DNA of 64,000 bases from Bacteroidia bacterium. GTDB taxonomy: Bacteria; Bacteroidota; Bacteroidia; CAIKAF01. The stretch lies in assembly GCA_016742095.1 (NCBI GenBank), contig JACVCJ010000014.1:17777-81776 (forward strand), given 5' to 3'. The translations under genes and the position numbers were made by a program. The notes beneath the pieces were generated by a model that was not told the DNA's origin, searched no databases, and saw only the letters and a list, made by a program, of their open reading frames with translations. This document shows, piece by piece, positions 48,520-57,967 of the stretch (the first letter of the stretch is position 1; every line of letters begins with the position of its first letter).

Positions 48520-50262
48520 ATGGAAGAAGTAAAAAGTAAAGGACACCCCAAAGGACTCTGGTTTCTGTTCGGGACCGAGATGTGGGAACGTTTCGGATAC
48601 TACCTTATGCTGGGTATCTTTTCTCTTTATATGCTCGACGGCTGGAACAACGGCGGTATGGGCTTCGACGCTACTAAAAAATCGGATATTTACGGTACTT
48701 ACCTCGGGCTGGTATACCTTACGCCGTTCATCGGCGGACTGCTGGCCGACCGCGTACTGGGTTACCGCCGTTCCATTGTGATCGGCGGACTTATGATGTC
48801 GGCCGGGTATTTCCTCTTATCCATCCACAGCACCACTACTTTTTACCTGGCGCTGCTGTTCATTATCCTGGGTAACGGTTTCTTTAAACCGAACATCTCT
48901 ACCCTGGTGGGTAACCTGTACAGCAACGACGAGCTGAAAGACAAGAAAGACGCCGGGTACAACATCTTTTATATGGGTATCAATATCGGTGCCTTCATCT
49001 GTAACTTCGTGGCCGCTTACATGCGCATCAACTACGGCTGGGGCTATGCCTTTGCCGCTGCCGGCGTGGGTATGCTCATCGGCGTGGTGATCTTCCTTGT
49101 GGGTACTAAACACATTAAACACGTAGACCAGATCAAGCCCCTGCAGCCGGGCGATATGTCCACCGTAAAAATTCTCGGTTTTACCGTTTTCCCCATGCTT
49201 ATTTTCGGTACCCTCGGGTACTTTATCAATGGTATCACCAGCGAAACAAACCCGAACGGGAACATCCTGGGTACGGACACCAACGACGCCTTTATCTTCG
49301 GCTGTCTGCCCGTTGCCGGTTTCTTTGTATACCTGTGGCTTAAATCGAAAGACCTGGAAAAAAGATCGATCGGGGCCCTGCTGGCCGTATTTACCTGCGT
49401 GATCCTGTTCTTTGCCATCTTCCACCAGAACGGTGATGCCCTTACCGTATGGGCCGAAGATTATACCGACCGCGAAATGCCGGCTGCGGTAGATAAGGCT
49501 TTCTCGGCGGTAGACATGGTGCAGATCGTGGAAAACAACCCGATCGTACAGCAGAACGACGAGGAGTTCGCCAAGACCATCGGTGCCCTGCGTGCCGAAG
49601 AAGAGGCCATCGTGGCGGATACGCCCGACCACATCGAAGCTAAAAAAGCACTGTCGAAGAGAATCGCCCTGCTTACTTCTTCCCGTAAATATTTTAGCAA
49701 CCTGGACAAATCGAAGATCCCTGCCGAAGGCCAGAACCTGAAACTGTTCTCCACGGAACTGTACCAGTCCATCAATCCCTTCTGGGTGGTGTTCCTGACG
49801 CCGGTACTGGTGGGTGTATGGAGCTTTTTCAGAAGAAGAAAAATGGAACCGAGCACGCCCACGAAGATCGCACTGGGTCTGCTGATCACGGCCCTTTCGG
49901 CCCTGGTGATGGTAGGTGCGGTATACGCTACCAATGACCTTAGCAACAAAGCCGGCAGCTGGTGGCTGATCGCTTCCTATGGGGTAATTACCCTGGGTGA
50001 GCTCTGCCTGTCGCCGATGGGACTGTCGCTGGTCTCCAAACTGAGTCCGCCGCGTATCACGGCCCTGCTCATGGGCGGTTTCTTCCTGGCCATTTCCGTA
50101 GGTAACAAACTGGCCGGTATGCTGGGCGGTCTGTGGGAAGACATCGAACAGAAACAGAACTATTTCTACCTGAACTTCGGTCTGGTACTGGGTGCGGCCA
50201 TCATGCTGTTCATCATGCTGCCATGGCTCAACCGCGTAATGAAAGAGAAAAACGTACGTTAA
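48520..50262 (+). CDS. POT/PTR2-family proton-dependent oligopeptide transporter (MFS)
   Basis: It has a PTR2 signature (FGTEMWERFGYYLMLGIF) and ~14 TM helices with a long central loop. The ATG at 48520 is preferred over the TTG at 48508. Confidence 0.85.
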   Translation: MEEVKSKGHPKGLWFLFGTEMWERFGYYLMLGIFSLYMLDGWNNGGMGFDATKKSDIYGTYLGLVYLTPFIGGLLADRVLGYRRSIVIGGLMMSAGYFLLSIHSTTTFYLALLFIILGNGFFKPNISTLVGNLYSNDELKDKKDAGYNIFYMGINIGAFICNFVAAYMRINYGWGYAFAAAGVGMLIGVVIFLVGTKHIKHVDQIKPLQPGDMSTVKILGFTVFPMLIFGTLGYFINGITSETNPNGNILGTDTNDAFIFGCLPVAGFFVYLWLKSKDLEKRSIGALLAVFTCVILFFAIFHQNGDALTVWAEDYTDREMPAAVDKAFSAVDMVQIVENNPIVQQNDEEFAKTIGALRAEEEAIVADTPDHIEAKKALSKRIALLTSSRKYFSNLDKSKIPAEGQNLKLFSTELYQSINPFWVVFLTPVLVGVWSFFRRRKMEPSTPTKIALGLLITALSALVMVGAVYATNDLSNKAGSWWLIASYGVITLGELCLSPMGLSLVSKLSPPRITALLMGGFFLAISVGNKLAGMLGGLWEDIEQKQNYFYLNFGLVLGAAIMLFIMLPWLNRVMKEKNVR

Positions 50263-50268
50263 CATCGA

Positions 50269-51975
50269 TTGCAGATGCAGAACGAGATCACCTTAGAACA
50301 GATACAGGACTTTAAGGGAAAGTACCCCAAACAGCTGTGGTACCTTTTCCTGGTAGAAATGTGGGAGCGTTTTACCTTTTACGGTATGCGCGCCCTGCTG
50401 GCCCTGTATATCTCGCACCTGATCCTTACGGCGGATTACAAACCCGTAGCTCCGGCCGAACTGGAAAAAGTAAAGACGGAGTTCCTGAAGGAGCAGAAAG
50501 AAGAACTGAATGAAGACCATCCGCTGTATTACATCGAAACGTCTGAAATTAAGGCGCAGAGCGATGCAGAGGGGACTTCCAACAAACAGTACGGACTGAT
50601 ACAGGCCTTTATTTATGCCATGGCCTTTGTGGGCGGTATGTTTGCCGACCGAATCTTCGGTTTCCGCCGTTCGGTGTTCTGGGGCGGTGTACTGATGGCC
50701 ATCGGTACCTTTATCATGGCCGTACCGGGCGCATTTGCCTTTTACCTGGGTATTAGTATACTTATTGTGGGGAACGGTTTCTTTAAGCCCAATATTTCCA
50801 CTATGGTGGGTGGCCTATATAAAAAGGACGATCCGCGGCGAAATGCCGGTTTTTCGCTGTTCTATTCCGGTATCAATATCGGGGCGGTACTCAGCGGACT
50901 CACCATTGCGTATATAGGTACTTCGGTAAGCTGGTCGCTGGGTTTCGCGCTTTCAGGCGTGTGTATGCTCTTTGGCCTGGGACTGTTCATCTTTACGCAG
51001 AAAAAGCTGGGCCCGATCGGTCTGCCGCCGCTGAAACTACAGCGTGACGGAAGCATGAAGCCGAGCAACCGCCAGTGGCTGGTATACGTAGTGTCCCTGC
51101 TGCTGATCCCCTTCTTTTTTGTAATGGTGTATTTCCCCTTCGATATCGACTTTACCTGGCTTTTCGGGCATATCGTAAAGGAGGACGGCACACAGGAACC
51201 TTACCTGGTGCAGTTCAGCGATGTATTTATGCTGTCCATTGCCCTGCTGATCCTGGTGTACCTGGTAATTACCCTGTTCTCGGTAACGAAGGAAGAATTC
51301 GGAAAAATGGCCGTGGCCATCGTACTGATCCTGTTCTCCGTACTGTTCTGGTCCTTCTTTGAACAGGGCGGCGGTTCGCTCAACTACTTTGCCAAAGGGA
51401 ACGTGGTAAGTCACGGCCTCAATATGACCCAGGTGAACAACTCCATCAACGGGCTGTGGGTAGTACTGCTGGCACCTTTTATAGGTATGCTCTGGGTGGC
51501 GCTCAACAAACGGAGGTCAGAACCCAATACCGTGGTCAAGTTCGGCTTTGGTTTCGTATTCCTCGGCCTGGGCTTCCTGGTGTTTTACCTGAGCCGCTTT
51601 ATGGCTACCGATACCGGACTTACACCGCTGTGGACCTTCCTGGGCGCATACCTGGTGATCACCATCGGGGAGCTGTGTCTTTCACCCATCGGGCTTTCTA
51701 TGGTTACCACGCTTACGCCTTCGCGCCTGCACGGGGTAATGATGGGCACCTGGTTCCTGGCCAGCGCGTACGGACAATACGGCGCCGGTCTCATCGGTTC
51801 GGCACTTTCCAAAGTGGACGATTCCATCAAAGATCCTACCAATATGGACAAACTGATGCAGTACACCGACGGTTACCGCAGTATTGCCTATATATCCATC
51901 GCGGCGGGTATCCTGCTGGTGATCATTTCGCCGCTGCTGATCCGCCTGATGCGCGATGTGAAAAATAAAATTTAG
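50269..51975 (+). CDS. POT/PTR2-family peptide transporter, tandem paralog
   Basis: It has the same motif family (FLVEMWERFTFYGMRALL) in a 568-aa product. Confidence 0.85.
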   Translation: MQMQNEITLEQIQDFKGKYPKQLWYLFLVEMWERFTFYGMRALLALYISHLILTADYKPVAPAELEKVKTEFLKEQKEELNEDHPLYYIETSEIKAQSDAEGTSNKQYGLIQAFIYAMAFVGGMFADRIFGFRRSVFWGGVLMAIGTFIMAVPGAFAFYLGISILIVGNGFFKPNISTMVGGLYKKDDPRRNAGFSLFYSGINIGAVLSGLTIAYIGTSVSWSLGFALSGVCMLFGLGLFIFTQKKLGPIGLPPLKLQRDGSMKPSNRQWLVYVVSLLLIPFFFVMVYFPFDIDFTWLFGHIVKEDGTQEPYLVQFSDVFMLSIALLILVYLVITLFSVTKEEFGKMAVAIVLILFSVLFWSFFEQGGGSLNYFAKGNVVSHGLNMTQVNNSINGLWVVLLAPFIGMLWVALNKRRSEPNTVVKFGFGFVFLGLGFLVFYLSRFMATDTGLTPLWTFLGAYLVITIGELCLSPIGLSMVTTLTPSRLHGVMMGTWFLASAYGQYGAGLIGSALSKVDDSIKDPTNMDKLMQYTDGYRSIAYISIAAGILLVIISPLLIRLMRDVKNKI

Positions 51976-51995
51976 TATATAACTTACGTATAGAG

Positions 51996-52037
51996 AAAAA
52001 GGCCATTCCGCTACAAACGGGAGGCCTTTTCTTTTTG
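51996..52037 (+). terminator. candidate rho-independent terminator after the second POT gene
   Basis: AAAAAGGCC...GGCCTTTTCTTTTTG pairs a GGCC/GGCC stem with a T-rich tail. Confidence 0.4.
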
Positions 52038-52063
52038 TCGCTATTTACCGCTACTTTTACGCT

Positions 52064-53200
52064 ATGTTTTCTTACTGGCAAAAGAATTATTTCGCGGCTC
52101 CCTTCGATGTTACGGTGATCGGCGCGGGCATCAACGGACTGCTGGCCGCATCTTTCCTCAAAAAAAAGCATCCCGCGCTGCGTGTGGCCGTTTTCGAAAA
52201 GGGCATACTTCCCGATGGCGCTACACTGCGGAATGCCGGTTTTGCCTGTTTCGGCTCCATGACCGAACTGATGGAGGACGCCGAATTGAACGGCCGGGAG
52301 GCGGTGCTGAAGCTGCTGAAAAGTCGTTACGACGGCCTGCGTATGCTGCGCGACTGGTGCGGGGATGCAGCCATCGGGTATGAAGCCTGCGGCGGGTTTG
52401 AATTCTTTGCCCGGGACGAAAAAGAGACCCTCGAAAAGGTAAAAGAGGCCCTGCCCGGATGGAACCGCGATATCGAAGACTTCTGCGGATTGCGTAATAC
52501 TTTTGCCGACAGCAGCGCCAGGGCAGCAGAAATGGAGCTGAATGCCTGCCTGGGGCTGATCGGCAATCCATACGAAGGAGCGGTGAATTCAGCCATGCTT
52601 ATACGCACGTTGTGGCAGAAGGCCGTATCTGTTGGTGTTGAGGTATATACGAATTTTGAACTCGATCAGTACGAAACCACCGGTACCGGTTTTACACTGC
52701 GTTTCGGTAATGCTCATAAAGTGCAGACCCGCCGCCTGCTGTTCTGTACCAACGGGTACCTGCGCCACCTGCCCGGACTGAGTGACCTGGCTCCCGCACG
52801 CGGACAGGTACTGGTTACCGAACCCATACCCGGACTAAAACTGAAAGGCACTTTTCATCATCATTTCGGGTATAATTATTTCCGGGAGATCGACGGGCGT
52901 ATCCTGCTGGGTGGTGGCCGTTTCCTGGACAGGGAAGGAGAGACGGACGCAGGGCATGTACTGAACGAAAAGATACAGGATTACCTGGAAGGCCTGCTGG
53001 GCAGCATGATACTGCCGGGCCGCGACGTGCGCATCGAAACGCGCTGGGCGGGCATCATGGCTGTGGGAGAGACCAAGAGACCGATCGTAAAAAAACTGGA
53101 AGAAAATCTCTATTTCGCCGGACGCATGGGCGGTATGGGCGTAGCGTTGGGCGCACACAGCGCCAGGGAAGTCGCAGAGCTTATCGCTGAAAGCTTATAG
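52064..53200 (+). CDS. FAD-dependent oxidoreductase (DAO family)
   Basis: It has an N-terminal Rossmann dinucleotide-binding motif (VTVIGAGINGLLAASFL) and is 378 aa. Confidence 0.75.
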   Translation: MFSYWQKNYFAAPFDVTVIGAGINGLLAASFLKKKHPALRVAVFEKGILPDGATLRNAGFACFGSMTELMEDAELNGREAVLKLLKSRYDGLRMLRDWCGDAAIGYEACGGFEFFARDEKETLEKVKEALPGWNRDIEDFCGLRNTFADSSARAAEMELNACLGLIGNPYEGAVNSAMLIRTLWQKAVSVGVEVYTNFELDQYETTGTGFTLRFGNAHKVQTRRLLFCTNGYLRHLPGLSDLAPARGQVLVTEPIPGLKLKGTFHHHFGYNYFREIDGRILLGGGRFLDREGETDAGHVLNEKIQDYLEGLLGSMILPGRDVRIETRWAGIMAVGETKRPIVKKLEENLYFAGRMGGMGVALGAHSAREVAELIAESL

Positions 53201-53242
53201 CTGGCAGCTCATTTCTCTTTACTCATTCCTCCGGACTCTTCA

Positions 53243-53788
53243 CTAATTTAAATGAGGCATATCCGTAAAATTGCTCCAGATGGCGTATTCCTTGTCTTTG
53301 CGCAGCATTTTTTTCCAGTGCTGTTCGTAGCCTTCGGTATGCAGTACCTCGTTGGCGCTGGTGGTACCGGCCACCCAGGATTTATTGGCAAATTCGGCAG
53401 ACAGCTGATCGGGGTCCCAGCCCGAATAGCCGGCAAAGAACTTCACCTTATCGGGTTGGGCTTCCTTATTGTTGAGCAGTTCCTTCAGTACATCAAATTC
53501 GCCGCCCCAGTAAAGTCCGGGCAGTATTTCCACGCTGTTGGGCAGCAGATCGCCCAGGCTGTGTACATAGAACAGGTTTTCATTGCCTACCGGTCCGCCG
53601 TAATAGATACTGGCTTCAAACAGCACGTCCTTGATCAGCTCGTGCAGTTTCAGGTCGGTTTCGCGGTTGATGATAAACCCGAAGGAACCTTTATCGTTGT
53701 GTTCGGTAAGCAGTACCACGGCCTGCCTGAAGTAGGGATCATCCAAAAAAGGTGTGGCCGATATGATGTTTCCTTTCGCAATTTCCAT
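53243..53788 (-). CDS. YqgE/AlgH-family protein (UPF0301)
   Basis: It is taken as the C-terminal 181 codons of the long antisense ORF 53243..56140, starting at the ATG at 53788: MEIAKGNIISATPFLDDPYFRQAVVLLTEHNDKGSFGFIINR.. matches the AlgH family. The upstream 780 codons are rejected as antisense to the MORN-repeat gene. Confidence 0.8.
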   Translation of the reverse strand: MEIAKGNIISATPFLDDPYFRQAVVLLTEHNDKGSFGFIINRETDLKLHELIKDVLFEASIYYGGPVGNENLFYVHSLGDLLPNSVEILPGLYWGGEFDVLKELLNNKEAQPDKVKFFAGYSGWDPDQLSAEFANKSWVAGTTSANEVLHTEGYEQHWKKMLRKDKEYAIWSNFTDMPHLN

Positions 53789-53890
53789 AAATTCGCAATT
53801 TTTAACAGGGTCGCTATACAATTTTAACGATTTTGCCCGTACAAGCTTATGTGTATGCACAGAAAATTTGAACTTTTTTTCCGCAATAGT

Positions 53891-56239
53891 ATGAAACGCC
53901 TTATCCTGTTCCTTTTTACCATCATCAGCCTCTCTGTATCTGCCCAGAACGTGCAGCAGTTTTACGACTCGGGCCGCCTCCGTGCCGAAGGACCGCTTAC
54001 GGCCAACGAACGCACGGGTTTCTGGCGCGAGTTCTACGAAGAAGGCCCCCTGCGCGAGGCCGGCAATTATGAGGCCGGCAAAAAAACGGGCCTCTGGAAA
54101 GAATATTACAAAAACGGCATCCTGAAAAGCGAGATCGACCACAGCAAGGGCCTGGTGAAGATCTACAGTGAAAAAAACACGATAGAGACCATCGGTAAGC
54201 TCAAAAACGGTAAACCCGAAGGCCGCTGGACCGAGTATTACGATAACGGAAACATCCGTGAGAAAAAAAGCTACAAGGCCGGCGTACTGAACGGTACCGT
54301 GATCTCTTACCACAAGAACGGCGCCAAACAGAGCCAGTACAGCCTTAAGAACGGTCTTAAACAGGGCAGCTGGAAAATGTGGTACGAAACCGGCATGCCC
54401 ATGAACACCGGAACCTTCAAAGACAATAAAAAAACGGGGGAATGGGTGTCTTACTACCAGGACGGCAGCATTCTTACCTACGAGAATTACAGCACCGGCT
54501 ATTATACCTATTACCATGCCAACGGCGCCCTGCGCAGCGAAGGCGAAATGGATGCCGAAGGTAATAAGAACGGCAAGTTCAGCGAATTTTACCCCAACAG
54601 CCGCAAAAAAGCGACCGGCAATTATACCGATGGTGTGGAGACCGGCAAGTGGCAGACCTTCCACGAAAACGGCAAAAAGCATAAGGTGTATGAGAATGAT
54701 GAAAGCGGCAAACCCATCGACGATTACTACGAGTACGGCGAAGACGGTAAACTGCTGGAAGAACGGCATTATACCCGTACCGGAACACCCACCGGCACCT
54801 GGAAAAGCTGGTGGCCCGAAGGTGGCAAACCCCGCAGCATACACAATACCGGCAGCGGCGAAAAACAGACCTTCTGGCCCGATGGCACTCCGCAGAGCAC
54901 CGGTAACGAGCTCAACGGACAGAAACAGGGGCTCTGGATCACCTACACCCCGGAACAGAACGTGGCCGAGCGCGGAAGTTTTGTAAATAATGAAAAAGAC
55001 GGCAAATGGGAAACTTTTTACAAAGACGGCACGCCCGAAATGCAGATCGAATTCAACAAAGGCCTGCGCACCGGCACCTGGAAGAAATACTACGAGACCG
55101 GAGCGCTGCACAGCATCGAGAAATACGACAATGGCAAACCTGCCGGCAGCTGGGAATACTGGTACGAATCCGGTAAAAAACGCAGTATCGTAAATAACAA
55201 CAACGACAGTACCTGGGTCTGGTATGAAGACGGGGCCCTGAAGCTGAAAGGCAAACGCCGCGAAGGTAAAAAAGAAGGCAACTGGACCAGTTACCACCCC
55301 AACGGAAAGGTGCTGGAGATCGCCGCCTACAGGAACGATAAGCCGGACGGCACCTGGAAGACCTTTTACCAGGACGGTACGCCCGAAGGTATCTACGAAT
55401 ACCGCGATTCGCTGAGGAACGGCTTCTGGCAGTGGTTCTTCCCCTCCGGGGAGCCGGACATGAGCGGCCATTTTGAGAACGATAAACGTAACGGTCTCTG
55501 GACGCAGTACTATCCCGGCAAAATAAAACAGTTCGAAGGCAATTACAAAGACGATCTGAAGGACGGGGAGTGGACCTACTGGGACAGCACCGGCACGCTC
55601 TGGAAAAAGGGAAATTTCCTTGCGGACCTGAAACACGGTCCCTGGGAATACTGGTACGAGAACGGACAGACGGAACACAAGGGGAATTTTGTATCCGGCC
55701 GTGAAGACGGATACTTTGTATCGTATTACCCTACGGGGCAGATCGAAGACGAAGGTCATTTTTCCAACGGACTGATGCAGGGCGAATGGCGCGGATTCTT
55801 TGAGACCGGCAAACTGCGTTATGTGGCGTCCTATGCCAACGGACTGCAGAACGGCGTGTGGAAACACTGGTACGATAACGGCAAGCCCCGCGACATCATC
55901 ACCTACAAGAACGGCGTTATGGACGGTTCCTATACCACTTTTTACGAAAGCGGCTCCATACAGGAACTGGGCGAATACCGCAACGGCGCCAAATACGGCC
56001 GCTGGGAGAGCTTTTTCGGGCACGGGCCCACCGCAGGGGTCTTCAATATGAAGAACAATGTATACGACGGGGAGTTCATACGCTATTATCCCAATAAGGT
56101 GCCCCAGGTGAAAGGCAGCTACAAAATGGGCCTCAAGCACGGTAGCTGGACCTTCTATTCCAAAGACGGCAAGGAACTGAAGACCATTACCTACAACAAC
56201 GGCGAAGAGCTGCGTGTAAAAGGCAGGGGACCTTATTAG
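53891..56239 (+). CDS. secreted MORN-repeat (YwqK-like) protein, ~30 tandem repeats
   Basis: A signal peptide (MKRLILFLFTIISLSVSAQ) is followed by tandem ~23-aa repeats of the form G.W..YY.NG.L..EG.Y.(N/D)G.K.G.W (for example GLWKEYYKNGILKSE, GRWTEYYDNGNIREK, GTWKKYYETGALHSIE). Track ORF 53849..56239 is trimmed to the ATG at 53891. Confidence 0.75.
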   Translation: MKRLILFLFTIISLSVSAQNVQQFYDSGRLRAEGPLTANERTGFWREFYEEGPLREAGNYEAGKKTGLWKEYYKNGILKSEIDHSKGLVKIYSEKNTIETIGKLKNGKPEGRWTEYYDNGNIREKKSYKAGVLNGTVISYHKNGAKQSQYSLKNGLKQGSWKMWYETGMPMNTGTFKDNKKTGEWVSYYQDGSILTYENYSTGYYTYYHANGALRSEGEMDAEGNKNGKFSEFYPNSRKKATGNYTDGVETGKWQTFHENGKKHKVYENDESGKPIDDYYEYGEDGKLLEERHYTRTGTPTGTWKSWWPEGGKPRSIHNTGSGEKQTFWPDGTPQSTGNELNGQKQGLWITYTPEQNVAERGSFVNNEKDGKWETFYKDGTPEMQIEFNKGLRTGTWKKYYETGALHSIEKYDNGKPAGSWEYWYESGKKRSIVNNNNDSTWVWYEDGALKLKGKRREGKKEGNWTSYHPNGKVLEIAAYRNDKPDGTWKTFYQDGTPEGIYEYRDSLRNGFWQWFFPSGEPDMSGHFENDKRNGLWTQYYPGKIKQFEGNYKDDLKDGEWTYWDSTGTLWKKGNFLADLKHGPWEYWYENGQTEHKGNFVSGREDGYFVSYYPTGQIEDEGHFSNGLMQGEWRGFFETGKLRYVASYANGLQNGVWKHWYDNGKPRDIITYKNGVMDGSYTTFYESGSIQELGEYRNGAKYGRWESFFGHGPTAGVFNMKNNVYDGEFIRYYPNKVPQVKGSYKMGLKHGSWTFYSKDGKELKTITYNNGEELRVKGRGPY

Positions 56240-56282
56240 TTTTAGTTATATCTAAAAATATTTTTGGTTTGCCTAAAAACTA

Positions 56283-56290
56283 TACCTTTG
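56283..56290 (+). promoter_or_regulatory. TAnnTTTG motif (TAccTTTG) only 4 nt upstream of the znuA-like ATG
   Basis: It is read directly. If functional it would produce a near-leaderless transcript. Confidence 0.3.
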
Positions 56291-56294
56291 TGGT

Positions 56295-57209
56295 ATGAAG
56301 TGCGGGCGCGTTTTAACTTTTTTACTGCTTCTGACATGCCTGGCATGCAGGCCTGAGAAACGTGTACACGAGCGTTTACAGGTGGTTTGTACCACTTCGG
56401 TGATCGCCGAACCCCTTTCTGAAATTTTCGGTACCCATGCCGATGTGCGTGCCCTGATGCGTAACGGGGTGGACCCGCATTCCTACAAAGCCGGTATCCG
56501 CGACCTGGACGTACTCTCGGATGCGGATGTGGTGGTGTACAACGGTCTGCACCTCGAAGGTAAAATGGCCGAAGTGCTGGAAAGCTACGGCCGCGAAAAA
56601 CCCGTGCTGGCCATGAGTGACGGAACGGACAGGAAACACTTTCTGCAGGCAGAAGAGAACCCGGGAACCTATGATCCGCATTTCTGGTTCGATATGCAAT
56701 TGTGGAAGAACGGACTGCGTTACGTAACGCAGAACATCTGCCGCAAACAGGCCCTGGCCGATTCACAGGCCGTGTACCGGGGCATGGCGCGTTATTTTCA
56801 GCGGCTCGACAGTACCGACCGCGTGCTGCGTTCCCTGCTGGATGCCGTGCCGCAGGACCGCCGTGTGATCGTGACCAACCACGATGCCTTCCGCTATTTC
56901 GGACGTGCCTACGGCTGGGAGGTACGTGGTCTGCAGGGTATTTCCACCGTGGCTGAACCCGGCCTGAAAGATATGAACGAACTGGTCGACTTTGTCTGTG
57001 CCCGCCATATCCCGGCGGTGTTCGTGGAAAGCAACCTGAGCGATAAATCCCTGAGAGCGTTGCGTGCCGGTGCCGCCGCCCGGGGTCACCGGATCGGGCA
57101 GGGGGGCAGTCTGTATGCCGATTCCCCCGGCCCGGAAGGCAGTTACGAAGGCACCTATATCGGCATGTTATACAGTAATGTTAAAACCCTGAACCAGAGT
57201 CTGAAATGA
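56295..57209 (+). CDS. metal (Zn/Mn/Fe) ABC transporter substrate-binding lipoprotein, TroA/ZnuA-like
   Basis: It has a lipoprotein signal (LLLTCLAC) and the cluster A-I solute-binding fold with metal-ligand His in HSYKAGIRD and ..DPHFWFD.. contexts. Confidence 0.8.
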   Translation: MKCGRVLTFLLLLTCLACRPEKRVHERLQVVCTTSVIAEPLSEIFGTHADVRALMRNGVDPHSYKAGIRDLDVLSDADVVVYNGLHLEGKMAEVLESYGREKPVLAMSDGTDRKHFLQAEENPGTYDPHFWFDMQLWKNGLRYVTQNICRKQALADSQAVYRGMARYFQRLDSTDRVLRSLLDAVPQDRRVIVTNHDAFRYFGRAYGWEVRGLQGISTVAEPGLKDMNELVDFVCARHIPAVFVESNLSDKSLRALRAGAAARGHRIGQGGSLYADSPGPEGSYEGTYIGMLYSNVKTLNQSLK

Positions 57210-57967
57210 ACGCGATCGAAGTACAACAGCTCCATGTGAGCTACCAGGATAAACCGGTACTGTGGAATATTCACTTCCAGGTGCCGGCCGGCGTAAACTA
57301 TGCCATTATCGGGCCCAACGGGGCGGGTAAGACCACCCTGCTGAAGGCCCTGCTGGGCGAAGTGAAACCCGCGCTGGGCGCCGTACGTTTCTTCGGGCAT
57401 CCGCTGGACGAGGTGCGCAGCCGCGTGTCGTACGTACCGCAGCGGCAGCTGGTGGACTGGGATTTTCCGGTGAATGTGCTCGATGTGGTGCTGATGGGAC
57501 GCTATGCCTCCCGCGGACTGCTGGCCCGCATACACCGCAGCGACCGCGAACGTGCCATGGAAGCCCTGGCCTCCCTGGGTATGGTAGACCTGGCCTCGCG
57601 GCAGATATCCAAACTGAGCGGCGGACAGCAGCAGCGCGTGTTCATTGCCCGTGCCCTGGCTGCCGATGCCGACCTGTACATTATGGACGAACCTTTTGCC
57701 GGGGTTGATCTGCAAACCGAAAAGATCATCGTGGAGATACTGCACCGGCTGAAAAAAGAGGGCAAGACCACCCTTACGGTGCACCACGACCTTACCACCG
57801 TAAACGAATATTTCGACGGGGTAATTATGATCAACGGGCGCCTGGTGGCCTGCGGGCCCGTGGCCGAAACCTTCCGGCACGACAATCTTTCCGAGACCTT
57901 CGGCGGTAAACTGCCCATCCTGGAAAGCGTTATTCAGCAATCGCACAAGAACCCGGTACAAAAATGA
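57206..57967 (+). CDS. metal ABC transporter ATP-binding protein (ZnuC/YtgB-like)
   Basis: It has Walker A (GPNGAGKTT), signature (LSGGQQQRVFIARAL) and Walker B (LYIMDEPFAGVD) motifs, and overlaps the previous gene by 4 bp. Confidence 0.85.
   Translation: MNAIEVQQLHVSYQDKPVLWNIHFQVPAGVNYAIIGPNGAGKTTLLKALLGEVKPALGAVRFFGHPLDEVRSRVSYVPQRQLVDWDFPVNVLDVVLMGRYASRGLLARIHRSDRERAMEALASLGMVDLASRQISKLSGGQQQRVFIARALAADADLYIMDEPFAGVDLQTEKIIVEILHRLKKEGKTTLTVHHDLTTVNEYFDGVIMINGRLVACGPVAETFRHDNLSETFGGKLPILESVIQQSHKNPVQK

Noticed and set aside
48817-50265. 482-aa minus-strand ORF
   Set aside because: It is antisense to the POT transporter, which carries the PTR2 signature on the + strand.
53789-56140. Upstream ~780 codons of the 965-aa minus-strand ORF
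   Set aside because: It is antisense to the MORN-repeat gene, and its VFVVP-type composition is low-complexity. Only the last 181 codons (AlgH/YqgE, from the ATG at 53788) are real.
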